Positions 50,708 to 61,022 of a stretch of 64,000 nucleotides of DNA are shown piece by piece (position 1 is the stretch's first letter; each line of letters starts with the position of its first letter). The position numbers and the translations under genes were made by a program. Below the pieces are notes generated by a model. The model made no database searches. It saw nothing but the letters and a program-made list of their open reading frames with translations, and was not told where the DNA came from. This DNA is from Crocinitomicaceae bacterium (lineage in GTDB: Bacteria > Bacteroidota > Bacteroidia > Flavobacteriales_D > Crocinitomicaceae). The DNA lies in NCBI GenBank assembly GCA_029254025.1, contig JAQWYK010000006.1:7260-71259 (forward strand), written 5' to 3'.

Positions 50708-51459
50708 AAGCGTATTTGAATTTGTTCAGCGCGCAATGCTTGTTTGAGCGCTGGAAGATCTACTTCCTTAAAATGAAAAATACTCGCTGCTAAAGCCGCC
50801 GAAACATCTGTTTGTTGGAACACCTCCGTAAAATGGGCTATGCTCCCTGCACCTCCAGAGGCAATAATAGGAATAGTGAGCAACTCATTCATTTTCTTAA
50901 GTGCCTCAATCGCAAATCCAGCTTTGGTTCCATCGTGGTCCATTGATGTGAATAAGATTTCACCTGCACCTAGCTCCTCTGCTTGTTTCACCCAAGAAAA
51001 TAATTCTTTATCGGTTTCTACGCGTCCACCGTTTAAAAACACCTTCCATGTACCATCGACTAATTTTGCATCCACAGCCAATACCACGCATTGATTACCG
51101 AATTTATCCGCTAATTCTTTAATGATTGAAGGATTCTTAACGGCTGCGCTGTTTATGGCAACTTTATCAGCACCAGATTGCAAGAGATAGTAGGCGTCCT
51201 CAACACTTCCTACCCCACCACCAACTGTGAAAGGTATGGCAACTTGCTGTGCAACTTCTTTTACAAGTGCTACAAGCGTTTTCCGTTTTTCATGCGTTGC
51301 TGTAATGTCTAGGAACACCAATTCATCTGCACCAATCTCGCTATACATTCGCGCTAAAGCCACAGGATCTCCAGCATCGCGCAGCCCGACAAAGTTGATC
51401 CCTTTGACAGTGCGTCCATCTTTAATATCGAGACATGGAATAATCCGTTTTTTTAACAT
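50704..51459 (-). CDS. hisF: imidazole glycerol phosphate synthase cyclase subunit
   Basis: 251 aa, [20 protein letters not shown]..., 4-nt overlap with hisIE. Confidence 0.9.
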   Translation of the reverse strand: MLKKRIIPCLDIKDGRTVKGINFVGLRDAGDPVALARMYSEIGADELVFLDITATHEKRKTLVALVKEVAQQVAIPFTVGGGVGSVEDAYYLLQSGADKVAINSAAVKNPSIIKELADKFGNQCVVLAVDAKLVDGTWKVFLNGGRVETDKELFSWVKQAEELGAGEILFTSMDHDGTKAGFAIEALKKMNELLTIPIIASGGAGSIAHFTEVFQQTDVSAALAASIFHFKEVDLPALKQALRAEQIQIRL

Positions 51460-52187
51460 GATTGTTGAAGTTTTCCTAGTTGTTCAATCGTAATATTTCC
51501 CTCGTAAATGGCTTTTCCTATAATTGCTCCGGCTAAACCTGCGGCCTTCAACTCAAGAACTTCTTCAAACGTTGTCACTCCACCACTTGCAATGAGATCT
51601 ATTCTCGGAAACTCCTTAAGTAGATTCATGTATAAATCTATCGATGCCCCCGCTAACATACCATCTTTTGCAATATCAGTGCAAACAACGTGACGAACAC
51701 CTTTTTGGGTATACTGTTCTAAAAAGTCATAAATGGTGACAGATGAGTCCTCTTGCCAGCCATTGATTGAAATTAGTCCATTTCGAACATCTGCTCCTAA
51801 GATTAAACGTTCCGAACCATATTTGTCAAGCCATTCGAAGAATAGCATTGGTGATTTGACGGCCATGCTTCCCACAGTTACTTGATTTGCTCCAGCTTCA
51901 AGGACTAATTCAAGTGCTTCAGTAGATTTGATTCCTCCTCCAAAATCAACGATTAAGTTGGTCTCCTTAACGATTTTCTGAAGTATTGGTAGATTAACGA
52001 CATTATTTGATTTAGCACCGTCTAAGTCTACCAAGTGTAAATATTTTAATCCAGCGTCTTCAAAGCTTTTCGCCATTTCCACAGGATTTTCACTGTATGT
52101 TTTCTTTTGAGCGTAGTCCCCCATAGTCAAACGCACACACTTCCCATCTATAATATCGATTGCTGGTATTATTTTGAATGTGTTCAT
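51453..52187 (-). CDS. hisA: 1-(5-phosphoribosyl)-5-[(5-phosphoribosylamino)methylideneamino]imidazole-4-carboxamide isomerase
   Basis: 244 aa, [15 protein letters not shown]..., overlaps hisF by 7 nt. Confidence 0.9.
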   Translation of the reverse strand: MNTFKIIPAIDIIDGKCVRLTMGDYAQKKTYSENPVEMAKSFEDAGLKYLHLVDLDGAKSNNVVNLPILQKIVKETNLIVDFGGGIKSTEALELVLEAGANQVTVGSMAVKSPMLFFEWLDKYGSERLILGADVRNGLISINGWQEDSSVTIYDFLEQYTQKGVRHVVCTDIAKDGMLAGASIDLYMNLLKEFPRIDLIASGGVTTFEEVLELKAAGLAGAIIGKAIYEGNITIEQLGKLQQSC

Positions 52188-52189
52188 CT

Positions 52190-52765
52190 CTATTTCTTTA
52201 AAAAGTTCTTTAATATTTGTTCACCTGAAACACCACTTTTTTCTGGATGAAATTGACAAGCATAAAAATTATCTTTCTGCAAAGCAGCTGAAAAAGTGCC
52301 GTTATAATCAGTTATTGCAATAGTTTCTGAAACTACAGGAACATAGTAGCTGTGCACGAAGTAAACATCATTTTCTATGTTTTCCAAAATTGATCTTCCT
52401 TCCATGAGTCCATTCCAACCCATGTGTGGGACCTTAAAGTCACCTTTGAAACGCAAAACATCAACGTCAAAAATTCCTAGACCATCTACATCACCCTCTT
52501 CAGTATGACGACACATTAATTGCATACCAAGACAAATACCTAGAACAGGTTGTTTTAATGTTGGAATGAAATCAACTAGCTCTTTGGCGTGCAGCGCTTT
52601 CATGGCTGCTTGTGCGTGTCCAACACCAGGAAATATTACAAGGTCAGCGCTGGATAAAACGCTTTTATTATCTGTAATTATTGGATCTACACCCAGTCTT
52701 TCGAGTGCATACATTACTGAGTGTAAATTCCCAGCACCATAGTCAATTATTGCTACTTTTTTCAT
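52190..52765 (-). CDS. hisH: imidazole glycerol phosphate synthase glutamine amidotransferase subunit
   Basis: Class-I GATase (GICLGMQ; HSYY; FHPEKS). Probable start MKKVAIIDYGAGNLHS at 52765 (track ORF extends to 52852 and would overlap hisB). Confidence 0.85.
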   Translation of the reverse strand: MKKVAIIDYGAGNLHSVMYALERLGVDPIITDNKSVLSSADLVIFPGVGHAQAAMKALHAKELVDFIPTLKQPVLGICLGMQLMCRHTEEGDVDGLGIFDVDVLRFKGDFKVPHMGWNGLMEGRSILENIENDVYFVHSYYVPVVSETIAITDYNGTFSAALQKDNFYACQFHPEKSGVSGEQILKNFLKK

Positions 52766-52775
52766 AACTTTTTTC

Positions 52776-53912
52776 CTACAATACACCCTTAGTACTCGGT
52801 AGAAATGCATCATTTGCATTCCTCGTTTTTGCCATTTTAATAGCTTTCGCAAAGGCCTTAAAAATTGACTCTATTTTATGGTGTTCGTTTTCTCCTTTCG
52901 CTTTGATGTATAAATTACATCTGGCTGCATCCGAAAAACTCTTAAAGAAGTGGAGAAACATTTCTGTTGGCATGTCACCAACTTTTTCACGTGTAAATTC
53001 AGCCTTCCAAACCAACCAGTTACGGCCTCCAAAATCAAGTGCTACTTTAGCTATGCAATCGTCCATGGGTAAGAAAAAACCGTATCGTTCCATTCCTATT
53101 TTATTCCCGATGGCTTTATCAAAACATTCACCTAGAGCTATTGCGGTATCTTCGATAGTATGGTGTTCATCTACTTCTAAGTCACCTTTCACATGTATCT
53201 TCAAATCTAATGCTCCGTGTCGTGCTATTTGTTCTAGCATATGGTCAAAAAACTTAAGGCCTGTGTCGATCATCGCTTTTCCTGTTCCATCCAGATTTAA
53301 CTCAATTAAAATGTCTGTTTCTTTTGTTGTGCGCTTTACAGCTGCTGTCCGCTCACCTAGTTTGAGGAATGTGTAAATTTCTTCCCAATCACAAGTCTCA
53401 ATGGCTACAGTATTTAATATCTCTTGCTCATCTGCTGATATTTCCGTTTTTCCTGGGTCATTGTTGTTGCGCATATATATACCTTTTGCACCTAGGTTTT
53501 TTGCCAATTCCATGTCGGTTAATCGGTCTCCGATAACATAGGAATTAGTAAGGTCATAGCTTCCATCGAGGTATTTTGTCAACATTCCAGTCTTTGGTTT
53601 GCGCGTGCTGGCGTTTTCATGTGGATAAGTGCGATCGATGCACTGTTCTGAGAATACGATTCCCTCTCCAGCCAATGCTTCTATCATTAGGTTGTGAGGT
53701 CCTTCGAAAGCTTCTAAGGGATAAGCATCAGTTCCTAAGCCATCTTGATTGGTCACCATCACCAATTCAAAATTTAGTTCATGCGCAATTTTTCCTAACC
53801 CCTTAAATACTTTAGGATAAAAGGCTAATTTCTGAAAACTATCTACTTGGAAGTCTAATGGAGGCTCTTGAAGCAAAACTCCGTCACGATCAATAAAGAG
53901 TAATTTTTTCAT
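52776..53912 (-). CDS. hisB: bifunctional histidinol-phosphatase / imidazoleglycerol-phosphate dehydratase
   Basis: 378 aa: HAD phosphatase N-terminal half (FIDRDGVL...) and IGPD C-terminal half (...[12 protein letters not shown]...). Confidence 0.9.
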   Translation of the reverse strand: MKKLLFIDRDGVLLQEPPLDFQVDSFQKLAFYPKVFKGLGKIAHELNFELVMVTNQDGLGTDAYPLEAFEGPHNLMIEALAGEGIVFSEQCIDRTYPHENASTRKPKTGMLTKYLDGSYDLTNSYVIGDRLTDMELAKNLGAKGIYMRNNNDPGKTEISADEQEILNTVAIETCDWEEIYTFLKLGERTAAVKRTTKETDILIELNLDGTGKAMIDTGLKFFDHMLEQIARHGALDLKIHVKGDLEVDEHHTIEDTAIALGECFDKAIGNKIGMERYGFFLPMDDCIAKVALDFGGRNWLVWKAEFTREKVGDMPTEMFLHFFKSFSDAARCNLYIKAKGENEHHKIESIFKAFAKAIKMAKTRNANDAFLPSTKGVL

Positions 53913-53921
53913 ACTATCATC

Positions 53922-54974
53922 TCAGTTATTTGGTTCTAAGTCATCGTATTCATTTAACACTTGGATGAAACGCTCATTTTCTTCATGAGTTCCAATCGAG
54001 ACGCGCAAGCAGTTTTCGCAGCAAAACTGTTTAGTTCTATTCCTTACGACTACTTGATTGCGCGCGAAATGTTGATACAAATCATCGGCGTTAGCTACTC
54101 TGAATAAGATAAAGTTAGCATCAGTTCTATAAATTCGTTCAACATGTTTACTTTCTTGTAACATTGCTAAAACTCTGGAGCGCTCAAGTAAAATTTGCAA
54201 TACTTCTTCGGCGACTTGTTTAACGTCTCTCAGTCTTGCAAGTGCAAATGTTTGAGATAATTCATTGACATTATAAGGAGGTTTTAGTTTGTTTAATATA
54301 TCCACGACTTCTACATTTCCGAAGCCAAGTCCAACCCTAATACCGGCCATGCCGTAAGCTTTTGAAAGGGTTTGGGACACAAATAAGTTCGGGAAATTAT
54401 TAAGTTCCTGAAGAAAGGTTTTTCCGTTGCTAAAATCGATGTATGCTTCATCGATTACTACTAAACCATTAAATTTAGTAAGGATATCTATGATGACGTT
54501 TCTATTTAACAGATTTCCGGTAGGGTTATTCGGAGAGCACAAAACAATCATTTTAGCACCTTCTGCACTTGCCAAAATCGCTTCACCATCTAAATTAAAA
54601 TCTGGGTCCAATGGAACTTCTATGATTTGCACGTCATTTGTTTGAGCAAGCACGTTATACATTCCATAGGTGGGTTTTATGGTGACCACTTTGTCCTTTC
54701 CTGGAACACAAAAGGCACGGAACAACAAGTCCAAAATTTCATCTGACCCGTTTCCAACTATTATTTGATTCGTTTGTACTCTTTTCACAATAGCTAATTC
54801 TTCCTTTAGATCTCTTTGATAAGGATCTGGATATCTATTTACCGCTGAAGGAAACGGATTTTCATTAGCATCTAAAAAGACACCTTCATGGCCCGTGTAT
54901 TCATCTCGCGCAGATGAATAAGAATTCATAGCGAGAATATTCGACCGTACTAAATTGGTTAAATTAAATTCCAT
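53922..54974 (-). CDS. hisC: histidinol-phosphate aminotransferase
   Basis: 350 aa class-II aminotransferase; PLP-Lys region SQTLSKAYGMAGIRVG. Confidence 0.85.
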   Translation of the reverse strand: MEFNLTNLVRSNILAMNSYSSARDEYTGHEGVFLDANENPFPSAVNRYPDPYQRDLKEELAIVKRVQTNQIIVGNGSDEILDLLFRAFCVPGKDKVVTIKPTYGMYNVLAQTNDVQIIEVPLDPDFNLDGEAILASAEGAKMIVLCSPNNPTGNLLNRNVIIDILTKFNGLVVIDEAYIDFSNGKTFLQELNNFPNLFVSQTLSKAYGMAGIRVGLGFGNVEVVDILNKLKPPYNVNELSQTFALARLRDVKQVAEEVLQILLERSRVLAMLQESKHVERIYRTDANFILFRVANADDLYQHFARNQVVVRNRTKQFCCENCLRVSIGTHEENERFIQVLNEYDDLEPNN

Positions 54975-56256
54975 TTTCTCTTAGTTCTTTTAAGCGGATT
55001 GAAACTGCATTTTTATGTGCTGTTAACTCCTCTGCTGCAGCCATCTTTTCCACGATTGGACCTATCAGGCGCAATCCAGCAGGAGTAACTTCTTGATACG
55101 TAATTTTTTTAACGAAGCTATCCAATGAAACCCCACTATACATTTTGGCGAATCCATTTGTAGGAAGTGTGTGATTTGTTCCACTGGCATAATCACCTAC
55201 ACTTTCAGGTGTATAATTGCCAATAAAAACAGAGCCCGCATTTGTGATGGATTGAACCAATTCATTATTGTATTTTGTAGAGAGAATTAGGTGTTCTGGA
55301 CCATATTCATTAATTACATCTACTAATTGTTCTTGCTTCAGTTGAATTAACTTCGCATAATCAAGTGATTTCGAAGCATACGCTTTTCGAGGCAAATCCT
55401 CCAACTGTCGATAGATCTCCTTTTTTACTTCTGAGATTAAATCTGCCGAAGTAGTTAGAAATACGACCTGGCTGTCATTACCGTGTTCCGCTTGTGACAA
55501 TAAATCTGCGGCAATGAATTGAGCATTAGCCGTTTCATCAGCCACAACCATAACTTCAGATGGACCTGCAGGCATGTCGATTGCAGTTCCCAGTGATTGT
55601 GCATATTGCTTGGCAGCGGTTACATATTGATTACCTGGACCGAATATTTTATACACTTTGTCAACGGTCTCCGTTCCAATTGACAGAGCTGCAATCGCTT
55701 GGACTCCTCCTAGTTTTATGATTTTTGTAACGCCAACAAGTTGGGCTGCAAATAATATAGCGGGATGAATCGTACCTTCACTATTGCAAGGTGTGGAGAG
55801 AATTATTTCTTTACAACCGGCGATTTTGGCAGGAATTGCAAGCATTAATACGGTTGAGAATAAGGGGGCAGTTCCTCCTGGAATGTACAATCCAACTTTG
55901 TCAATTCCAACGGACTGACGCCAACAAGTCACCCCTGGCATTGTTTTAACCTTCTGAATAGGTTCTTTTTGACAGATATGGAAGTATTCAATATTTTTAG
56001 CGGCTTGAGCTATCGCCGCCTTCAAATCTTTATCCAGTCCATTAACTGCATCGAATATTTCCGATTCTTTAACAAAAAAATCAGTGAGTGTGAATCCATC
56101 GAATTTTTCAGCATAGCGAATTAAAGCAGCATCTCCTTCGCTTCGAACGCTGTCAAAGACCTCTGCGACCAGTTCGGATAGATCTTGTTGTTCTAATTGA
56201 GGACGTTCCAATGCCGTAATAAGGTCATTTCCCTCTGGATTTTTTAATACAATCAT
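54964..56256 (-). CDS. hisD: histidinol dehydrogenase
   Basis: 430 aa, full-length HisD similarity. Confidence 0.9.
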   Translation of the reverse strand: MIVLKNPEGNDLITALERPQLEQQDLSELVAEVFDSVRSEGDAALIRYAEKFDGFTLTDFFVKESEIFDAVNGLDKDLKAAIAQAAKNIEYFHICQKEPIQKVKTMPGVTCWRQSVGIDKVGLYIPGGTAPLFSTVLMLAIPAKIAGCKEIILSTPCNSEGTIHPAILFAAQLVGVTKIIKLGGVQAIAALSIGTETVDKVYKIFGPGNQYVTAAKQYAQSLGTAIDMPAGPSEVMVVADETANAQFIAADLLSQAEHGNDSQVVFLTTSADLISEVKKEIYRQLEDLPRKAYASKSLDYAKLIQLKQEQLVDVINEYGPEHLILSTKYNNELVQSITNAGSVFIGNYTPESVGDYASGTNHTLPTNGFAKMYSGVSLDSFVKKITYQEVTPAGLRLIGPIVEKMAAAEELTAHKNAVSIRLKELRENGI

Positions 56257-56272
56257 TTACCGGTTATTGAAA

Positions 56273-57130
56273 TTATTGAATCATTTTCTCAATTGGAACA
56301 ATCAGGATGCCTTCTGCACCTGCCTTTTGTAAAGCGTCAATATTGTCCCAGAATTGTTGCTCTTGAATTACAGAGTGTACAGAAAGCCATCCTTTTTCTG
56401 CAAGGGGCATAATCGTAGGACTCTTAATTCCCGGAAGAATAGTCGTAATTGCAGCTAATTGTTCTTCGCGGCAGTTGAGCAACACATATTTGGTGTTTTT
56501 TGCGGCAAGCACACTTTGAATCCTAAAAATGAGCTTATTCAACACATCTTGTTTGGATGGCGAAAGTTGTTTATTACCGATTAATATAGCTTGAGAAGTA
56601 AGTATTTTTTCTACTTCACGTAATCCATTCATAAAAAGCGTATTTCCAGTGCTTACGATATCGCATATTCCATCTGCTAATCCAATTGTAGGAGCTATTT
56701 CAACAGAACCTGAAATGGTATGAATACTTGCATTTACTCCTTTTTCATCTAAAAACTTCTTCAAAGTAACAGGATATGAGGTAGCAATTTTTTTACCTTC
56801 AAAATCCATAACTGATTGAATGGTAGAAGATTTAGTCGCAGCTAAGGAGACTCTGCATTTTGAGAATCCAAGAGGCATTAGTAGCGCAACATTCGACTCT
56901 TTCTCAATTAAGAGATTTTCCCCAATGATCGCTATATCTGCAACGCCATCTGCCACATATTCTGGAATATCACTGTTTCTCAGAAACAATAGGTCCAACG
57001 GGAAATTATCCACAGATGCTTTTAGCTGCCCTTGTGGAGAAGGTATCTTAAGTCCACATTCCTTGAGTAATTTCAAAGAATCATCTAATAATCGACCTGA
57101 CTTTTGTACTGCAATTTGTAATCTTTCCAT
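56273..57130 (-). CDS. hisG: ATP phosphoribosyltransferase (long form)
   Basis: 285 aa, MERLQIAVQKSGRL.... First gene of the hisGDCBHAF(IE) operon. Confidence 0.9.
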   Translation of the reverse strand: MERLQIAVQKSGRLLDDSLKLLKECGLKIPSPQGQLKASVDNFPLDLLFLRNSDIPEYVADGVADIAIIGENLLIEKESNVALLMPLGFSKCRVSLAATKSSTIQSVMDFEGKKIATSYPVTLKKFLDEKGVNASIHTISGSVEIAPTIGLADGICDIVSTGNTLFMNGLREVEKILTSQAILIGNKQLSPSKQDVLNKLIFRIQSVLAAKNTKYVLLNCREEQLAAITTILPGIKSPTIMPLAEKGWLSVHSVIQEQQFWDNIDALQKAGAEGILIVPIEKMIQ

Positions 57131-57160
57131 TTTTACTTAATGTTGATCTTGTTTCGGCGA

Positions 57161-57196
57161 AAAACAAAAAACCCGCCTGAATCAAGCGGGTTTTTA
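57161..57196 (-). terminator. intrinsic terminator hairpin 30 nt upstream of hisG (candidate attenuator terminator)
   Basis: Minus strand: ACCCGCTTGATTCAGGCGGGT followed by TTTTTGTTTT. Lies between the His-codon run and the hisG start codon. Confidence 0.65.
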
Positions 57197-57218
57197 TATT
57201 AATATAATTAATACATCA

Positions 57219-57272
57219 TTACCTCGCCTGTCGCGACATAACATGATGATGATGAGTATTGTTCGTAATCAC
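57219..57272 (-). promoter_or_regulatory. candidate his leader peptide ORF with four consecutive His codons
   Basis: Minus-strand mini-ORF GTG ATT ACG AAC AAT ACT CAT CAT CAT CAT GTT ATG TCG CGA CAG GCG AGG TAA = (M)ITNNTHHHHVMSRQAR*. Its stop lies 23 nt before the terminator hairpin. Confidence 0.45.
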
Positions 57273-57330
57273 GGTATCAAATTTAGTATTAATTTTAATT
57301 AGTACTCATTAATTTGATAAAAAATCAAAT

Positions 57331-57365
57331 AAAAAAGCCGCAAACAGTTGCGGCCTTTTTTATTT
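57331..57365. terminator. rho-independent terminator (GCCGCAAacagTTGCGGC flanked by A/T runs), end of the T9SS-cargo gene
   Basis: aaaaaagccgcaaacagttgcggccttttttattt. Confidence 0.7.
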
Positions 57366-57378
57366 AAAGAGTTAAAAT

Positions 57379-58422
57379 TTAGTTAATCACTAGTTTGTTT
57401 GTGCTAATTACGCCATTATTCGTTACAAGAATCACATATATACCTTTTTCCAAAGTTGCCAGATCAATAACATTCATTTGATTAGAAAGGGTTTGTGTCA
57501 TTACAATTCTTCCGGATGCATCTACTAAAGAAAAGGATGCATTCATCATTTCAGAAGATAAATTTATGTTAATGATATCTGAAGATGGATTTGGGAATAC
57601 CGAAAAAGGAGCGGTTTTCAACTCTTCCACATTCACAATGGTCGTTGGATCTACAGAGCTCAATGCTAGGTTAAATTCAGATAATGGATTTGGAGAACCT
57701 GCTAAACGAAGAATAACAGTTGTATACACAAAAACAGGTAAGTTAGCATTTGTCAAGTCATAATATTCGAACTGATCACGCTCCAATTCGTACGTTCCAT
57801 CGAAGAGGCCAGTTCCAGAAACTGTAATTGTGGAAATATCAGAGATACGGTAACGGGATACGTCAGTAAGTGTTATGCCATCTGCCAATTTTAACGTTCC
57901 AAATCCATCGAATGTAGCATTCACTGTGCCTGTTAGAGGTTGAGTACCAAGTGTAGCATTGTACATTTCTCCTTCAAAACTATCGGAAACATTATTTCCG
58001 AGAGCAAATGGATACGTATACTGCATTGCTTCATCCGTGTTAAACTTTACTACTACATCTCCAAGATTCACCTCTGAATATACAAACCCTTGACTCATAC
58101 GCTCAGTGGTATTAGAAGAAGTATAATTCACAAGAAATCCTTGGATATCTAACGCAGAAGTAGCTGAAGGATAATCTGTACTAAAGGTAGTTGATGAAGG
58201 ATCTAAAACAGTAATATTACGGGCGTCTCCACCGTAACCTCCGTAAGTACTGTAATCCCATTCTACACCTGAGCCGATGACAGCTTCAAAGTTCACAGCT
58301 GAACTATCAATTACATATAAGGTTGTGCCTTCTCCAATGGTCGGTTCGTTCAGTTGCGTGAATTGACCAAACGAAGATGCTCCAAGTAGTAAGCTCGCGA
58401 TAAAAAGTAAATTTTTTTTCAT
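57379..58422 (-). CDS. secreted protein with T9SS type-A C-terminal sorting domain
   Basis: 347 aa. Signal peptide, C-terminal ...SVFPNPSSDIININLSSEMMNASFSLVDASGRIVMTQTL...GIYVILVTNNGVISTNKLVIN. Confidence 0.8.
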   Translation of the reverse strand: MKKNLLFIASLLLGASSFGQFTQLNEPTIGEGTTLYVIDSSAVNFEAVIGSGVEWDYSTYGGYGGDARNITVLDPSSTTFSTDYPSATSALDIQGFLVNYTSSNTTERMSQGFVYSEVNLGDVVVKFNTDEAMQYTYPFALGNNVSDSFEGEMYNATLGTQPLTGTVNATFDGFGTLKLADGITLTDVSRYRISDISTITVSGTGLFDGTYELERDQFEYYDLTNANLPVFVYTTVILRLAGSPNPLSEFNLALSSVDPTTIVNVEELKTAPFSVFPNPSSDIININLSSEMMNASFSLVDASGRIVMTQTLSNQMNVIDLATLEKGIYVILVTNNGVISTNKLVIN

Positions 58423-58551
58423 GTTTTATTGGGTTCTATTAATCTGATACAAATGTACTATTTCCTATTCATTCATTTCTTTGAATAATCGTTGAAATCT
58501 AAACAATACAATGGTTAAAACGTTATTTTCGCAACCTTAAACGAGGAAGAC

Positions 58552-60822
58552 TTGAAAACAGTTGGTGATAAACAATTTAAAAAACTTAGTTACGCAATAT
58601 TAAGTGTAGTGTTTGTAATAACCGTATTCTTTGGTTTTCAAATTCCAAAGACTACGTTTGATTACAATTTTGAAGAGTTTTTTCCCGCAATGAGCGATGA
58701 TAGTTATTTTTTCTATGACCATCGCGAAACCTATGGTTCAGACAATGATTTCATATTGATTGCCATTGAAAATAAAGAAGGGATATTTGACTTAGATTTT
58801 TTAACAGATGTTCACCAATTTTCTCAAGAACTAGCAGTATTGCCGTTCGTGAATTTTACTCGTGATATAACTTCGGAGGAAGAAATATTTATCTATCCTG
58901 GAAATCGTTCTAGCGGTATGCCATATATTAGTTTTGAGCAGAACAGAATTGAAGCGGACTCTTCTCGCATTTATAAAAACAAGGAATTGATTAATTCTTT
59001 GGTATCCCCCGATGCCTCCGCCCTCCTTGTTTATGTGAAGCACAATGACAAATTAAGCAAAAATAAAAGTGACTCTCTTGTCGCTTGTATTTATGAAGTA
59101 GCAGACACATATTCTTTTGATAATATTCATTACGCAGGAAGAACCATCGGTCAAATTTATTATGTAAAAACGATGACCGTTGAAATGGGTAATTATGTTG
59201 GAATGAGTATGATACTCGTGGTTATTTTTTTATTAATTGCCTTTCGTTCATCGTGGGGATTATTGATACCACAAGTCGTTATTTTGGGATCAATGGTATG
59301 GATTGTAGGTTTCATGGCTTGGATAGGACAGCCGATTAATATAATCATGACGATTCTTCCTTCAATCATGTTCGTGGTGTCTATGTCTGATGTAATTCAT
59401 CTAGTGTCCAAATATTTTGATCTGCTCAGAGAAGGTCATCCGAAATTTGAGGCAATAAAGATTTCTTTTAAGGAAATAGGAATGGCAACGTTTTTAACTT
59501 CTTTAACGACCTCTATTGGATTCTTTTCGTTAGTATTTGTTAATGTTATGCCAATTAAAATTTTTGGGATTTATGTTGGAATTGGTGTACTTATGGCCTT
59601 CATTATTACGTTTGCAGTACTCCCCTTTCTATTCTATTATACCAAGCCGCCAAAATTAGTCCATAACGATCATAAGAATTTTTGGAAACCTTTAATGTCA
59701 AGAGCGTATAAATTTACCTTGCGAAACAAACGGAAAATCTCCTACTTTTCCATTGGGCTTGTTAGTATTTTGATTTTTGGGACTTCATTAATTCAGTCCA
59801 ATAATTTTTTAATGGATGATCTCAAACCGGAAAACGATATGAAAAAATCGTTCAACTATTTGGACGAAACTTTTGGAGGTGTTCGTCCTTTTGAAATGGC
59901 CATTGAATTGAAAGATACATCTAAAACGCTATGGGATTCGGATATTTTGCAACAAATAAACGATGTCGAAACATACTTGCAGGAAGAATATGGTGTTGAT
60001 ATCAAAATTTCACTCAATCAGACGTTGAAGATTCTCAATCGTTCCTCTCACCTGGGTGACACAACACATTTTGTCACACCCACAAAAAAGTCAAAAATAA
60101 AATCCTTAAAGCGAATGATAAAGATTGCTCAAGAAGGAGACTTTATTAGGTCTTTTATGGATAGTACAGAATTAAAAACTCGAATTAGTGGTACCATTCC
60201 AGACTGGGGGAACAACAAGGTTTCAGCTTTGAATAAAGGATTGTATGACTTTATTGAAAACAATACTAATTCCGATGATTTAAAATTTAAGCTAACAGGA
60301 ACGGCTCATTTGTTGGATTTAAATATGAGCTATTTATCGAAGAGTCTTGTTTCTGGTTTATTGTTTGCAATCCTCTTGGTTGCCTTAATCATGGGGATCT
60401 TATACAGATCGCTCAAGATGGTTTTCGTTTCATTAATTCCCAACTTAATTCCTTTATTGGTTATAGGAGCCATCATGGGGTTCTTTGGAATTAATTTGAA
60501 AATTACAACAGCCATTGTATTTACCATCTCATTTGGGATTGCCGTGGATGATACAATTCACTTCTTGAGTAAGTTTAAGTTAGAATTAAATAAGGGGAAG
60601 TCAGTGCCATACGCATTGAAACGCACAATGATTGGAACTGGTAAGGCAATTGTTCTTACATCCGGGATTCTTTGCTCAGGTTTCTTACTATTGTTGTTTT
60701 CAGACTTCTTAGGAACATTCTATATGGGGCTAATGATTAGTGTAACATTACTTTTTGCGGTGCTTGCTGACTTGTTTTTACTACCTGTATTAATTTTATT
60801 CTTTTTCGGGAACAAGCGATAG
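58552..60822 (+). CDS. MMPL/RND-superfamily membrane transporter
   Basis: 756 aa, 12 TM segments in two 6-TM clusters separated by large extracytoplasmic domains. The start may be slightly different. Confidence 0.75.
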   Translation: MKTVGDKQFKKLSYAILSVVFVITVFFGFQIPKTTFDYNFEEFFPAMSDDSYFFYDHRETYGSDNDFILIAIENKEGIFDLDFLTDVHQFSQELAVLPFVNFTRDITSEEEIFIYPGNRSSGMPYISFEQNRIEADSSRIYKNKELINSLVSPDASALLVYVKHNDKLSKNKSDSLVACIYEVADTYSFDNIHYAGRTIGQIYYVKTMTVEMGNYVGMSMILVVIFLLIAFRSSWGLLIPQVVILGSMVWIVGFMAWIGQPINIIMTILPSIMFVVSMSDVIHLVSKYFDLLREGHPKFEAIKISFKEIGMATFLTSLTTSIGFFSLVFVNVMPIKIFGIYVGIGVLMAFIITFAVLPFLFYYTKPPKLVHNDHKNFWKPLMSRAYKFTLRNKRKISYFSIGLVSILIFGTSLIQSNNFLMDDLKPENDMKKSFNYLDETFGGVRPFEMAIELKDTSKTLWDSDILQQINDVETYLQEEYGVDIKISLNQTLKILNRSSHLGDTTHFVTPTKKSKIKSLKRMIKIAQEGDFIRSFMDSTELKTRISGTIPDWGNNKVSALNKGLYDFIENNTNSDDLKFKLTGTAHLLDLNMSYLSKSLVSGLLFAILLVALIMGILYRSLKMVFVSLIPNLIPLLVIGAIMGFFGINLKITTAIVFTISFGIAVDDTIHFLSKFKLELNKGKSVPYALKRTMIGTGKAIVLTSGILCSGFLLLLFSDFLGTFYMGLMISVTLLFAVLADLFLLPVLILFFFGNKR

Positions 60823-60971
60823 GTGAATTGCTATTTTAATACATCTTAATTGGTAAAAACAACCTATAATCACTCAGCGAATCCGGTTAGTCAATTGTAA
60901 TTATAACAACTTCAAGAGCTTAGTATAAATGATTGATCATTTGGTATTTAATACTGAGCGTTTTTTTGAGC

Positions 60972-61010
60972 AAAAAAAAAGCCTCCCTAAATAAAAGGAG
61001 GCTTTTAAAG
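60972..61010 (-). terminator. rho-independent terminator of the flotillin operon
   Basis: + strand aaaaaaaaagcctccctaaataaaaggaggcttttaaag. Near-identical arms to the hairpin at 63188-63220. Confidence 0.65.
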
Positions 61011-61022
61011 AGAGGAAAGGAA

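Noticed and set aside
52765-52852. Extended 5' region of the hisH ORF ([32 protein letters not shown]...)
   Set aside because: It would overlap the hisB 3' end by 77 nt in a different frame. The conserved GATase N-terminus begins at MKKVAIIDYGAGN, so the shorter start at 52765 is preferred.
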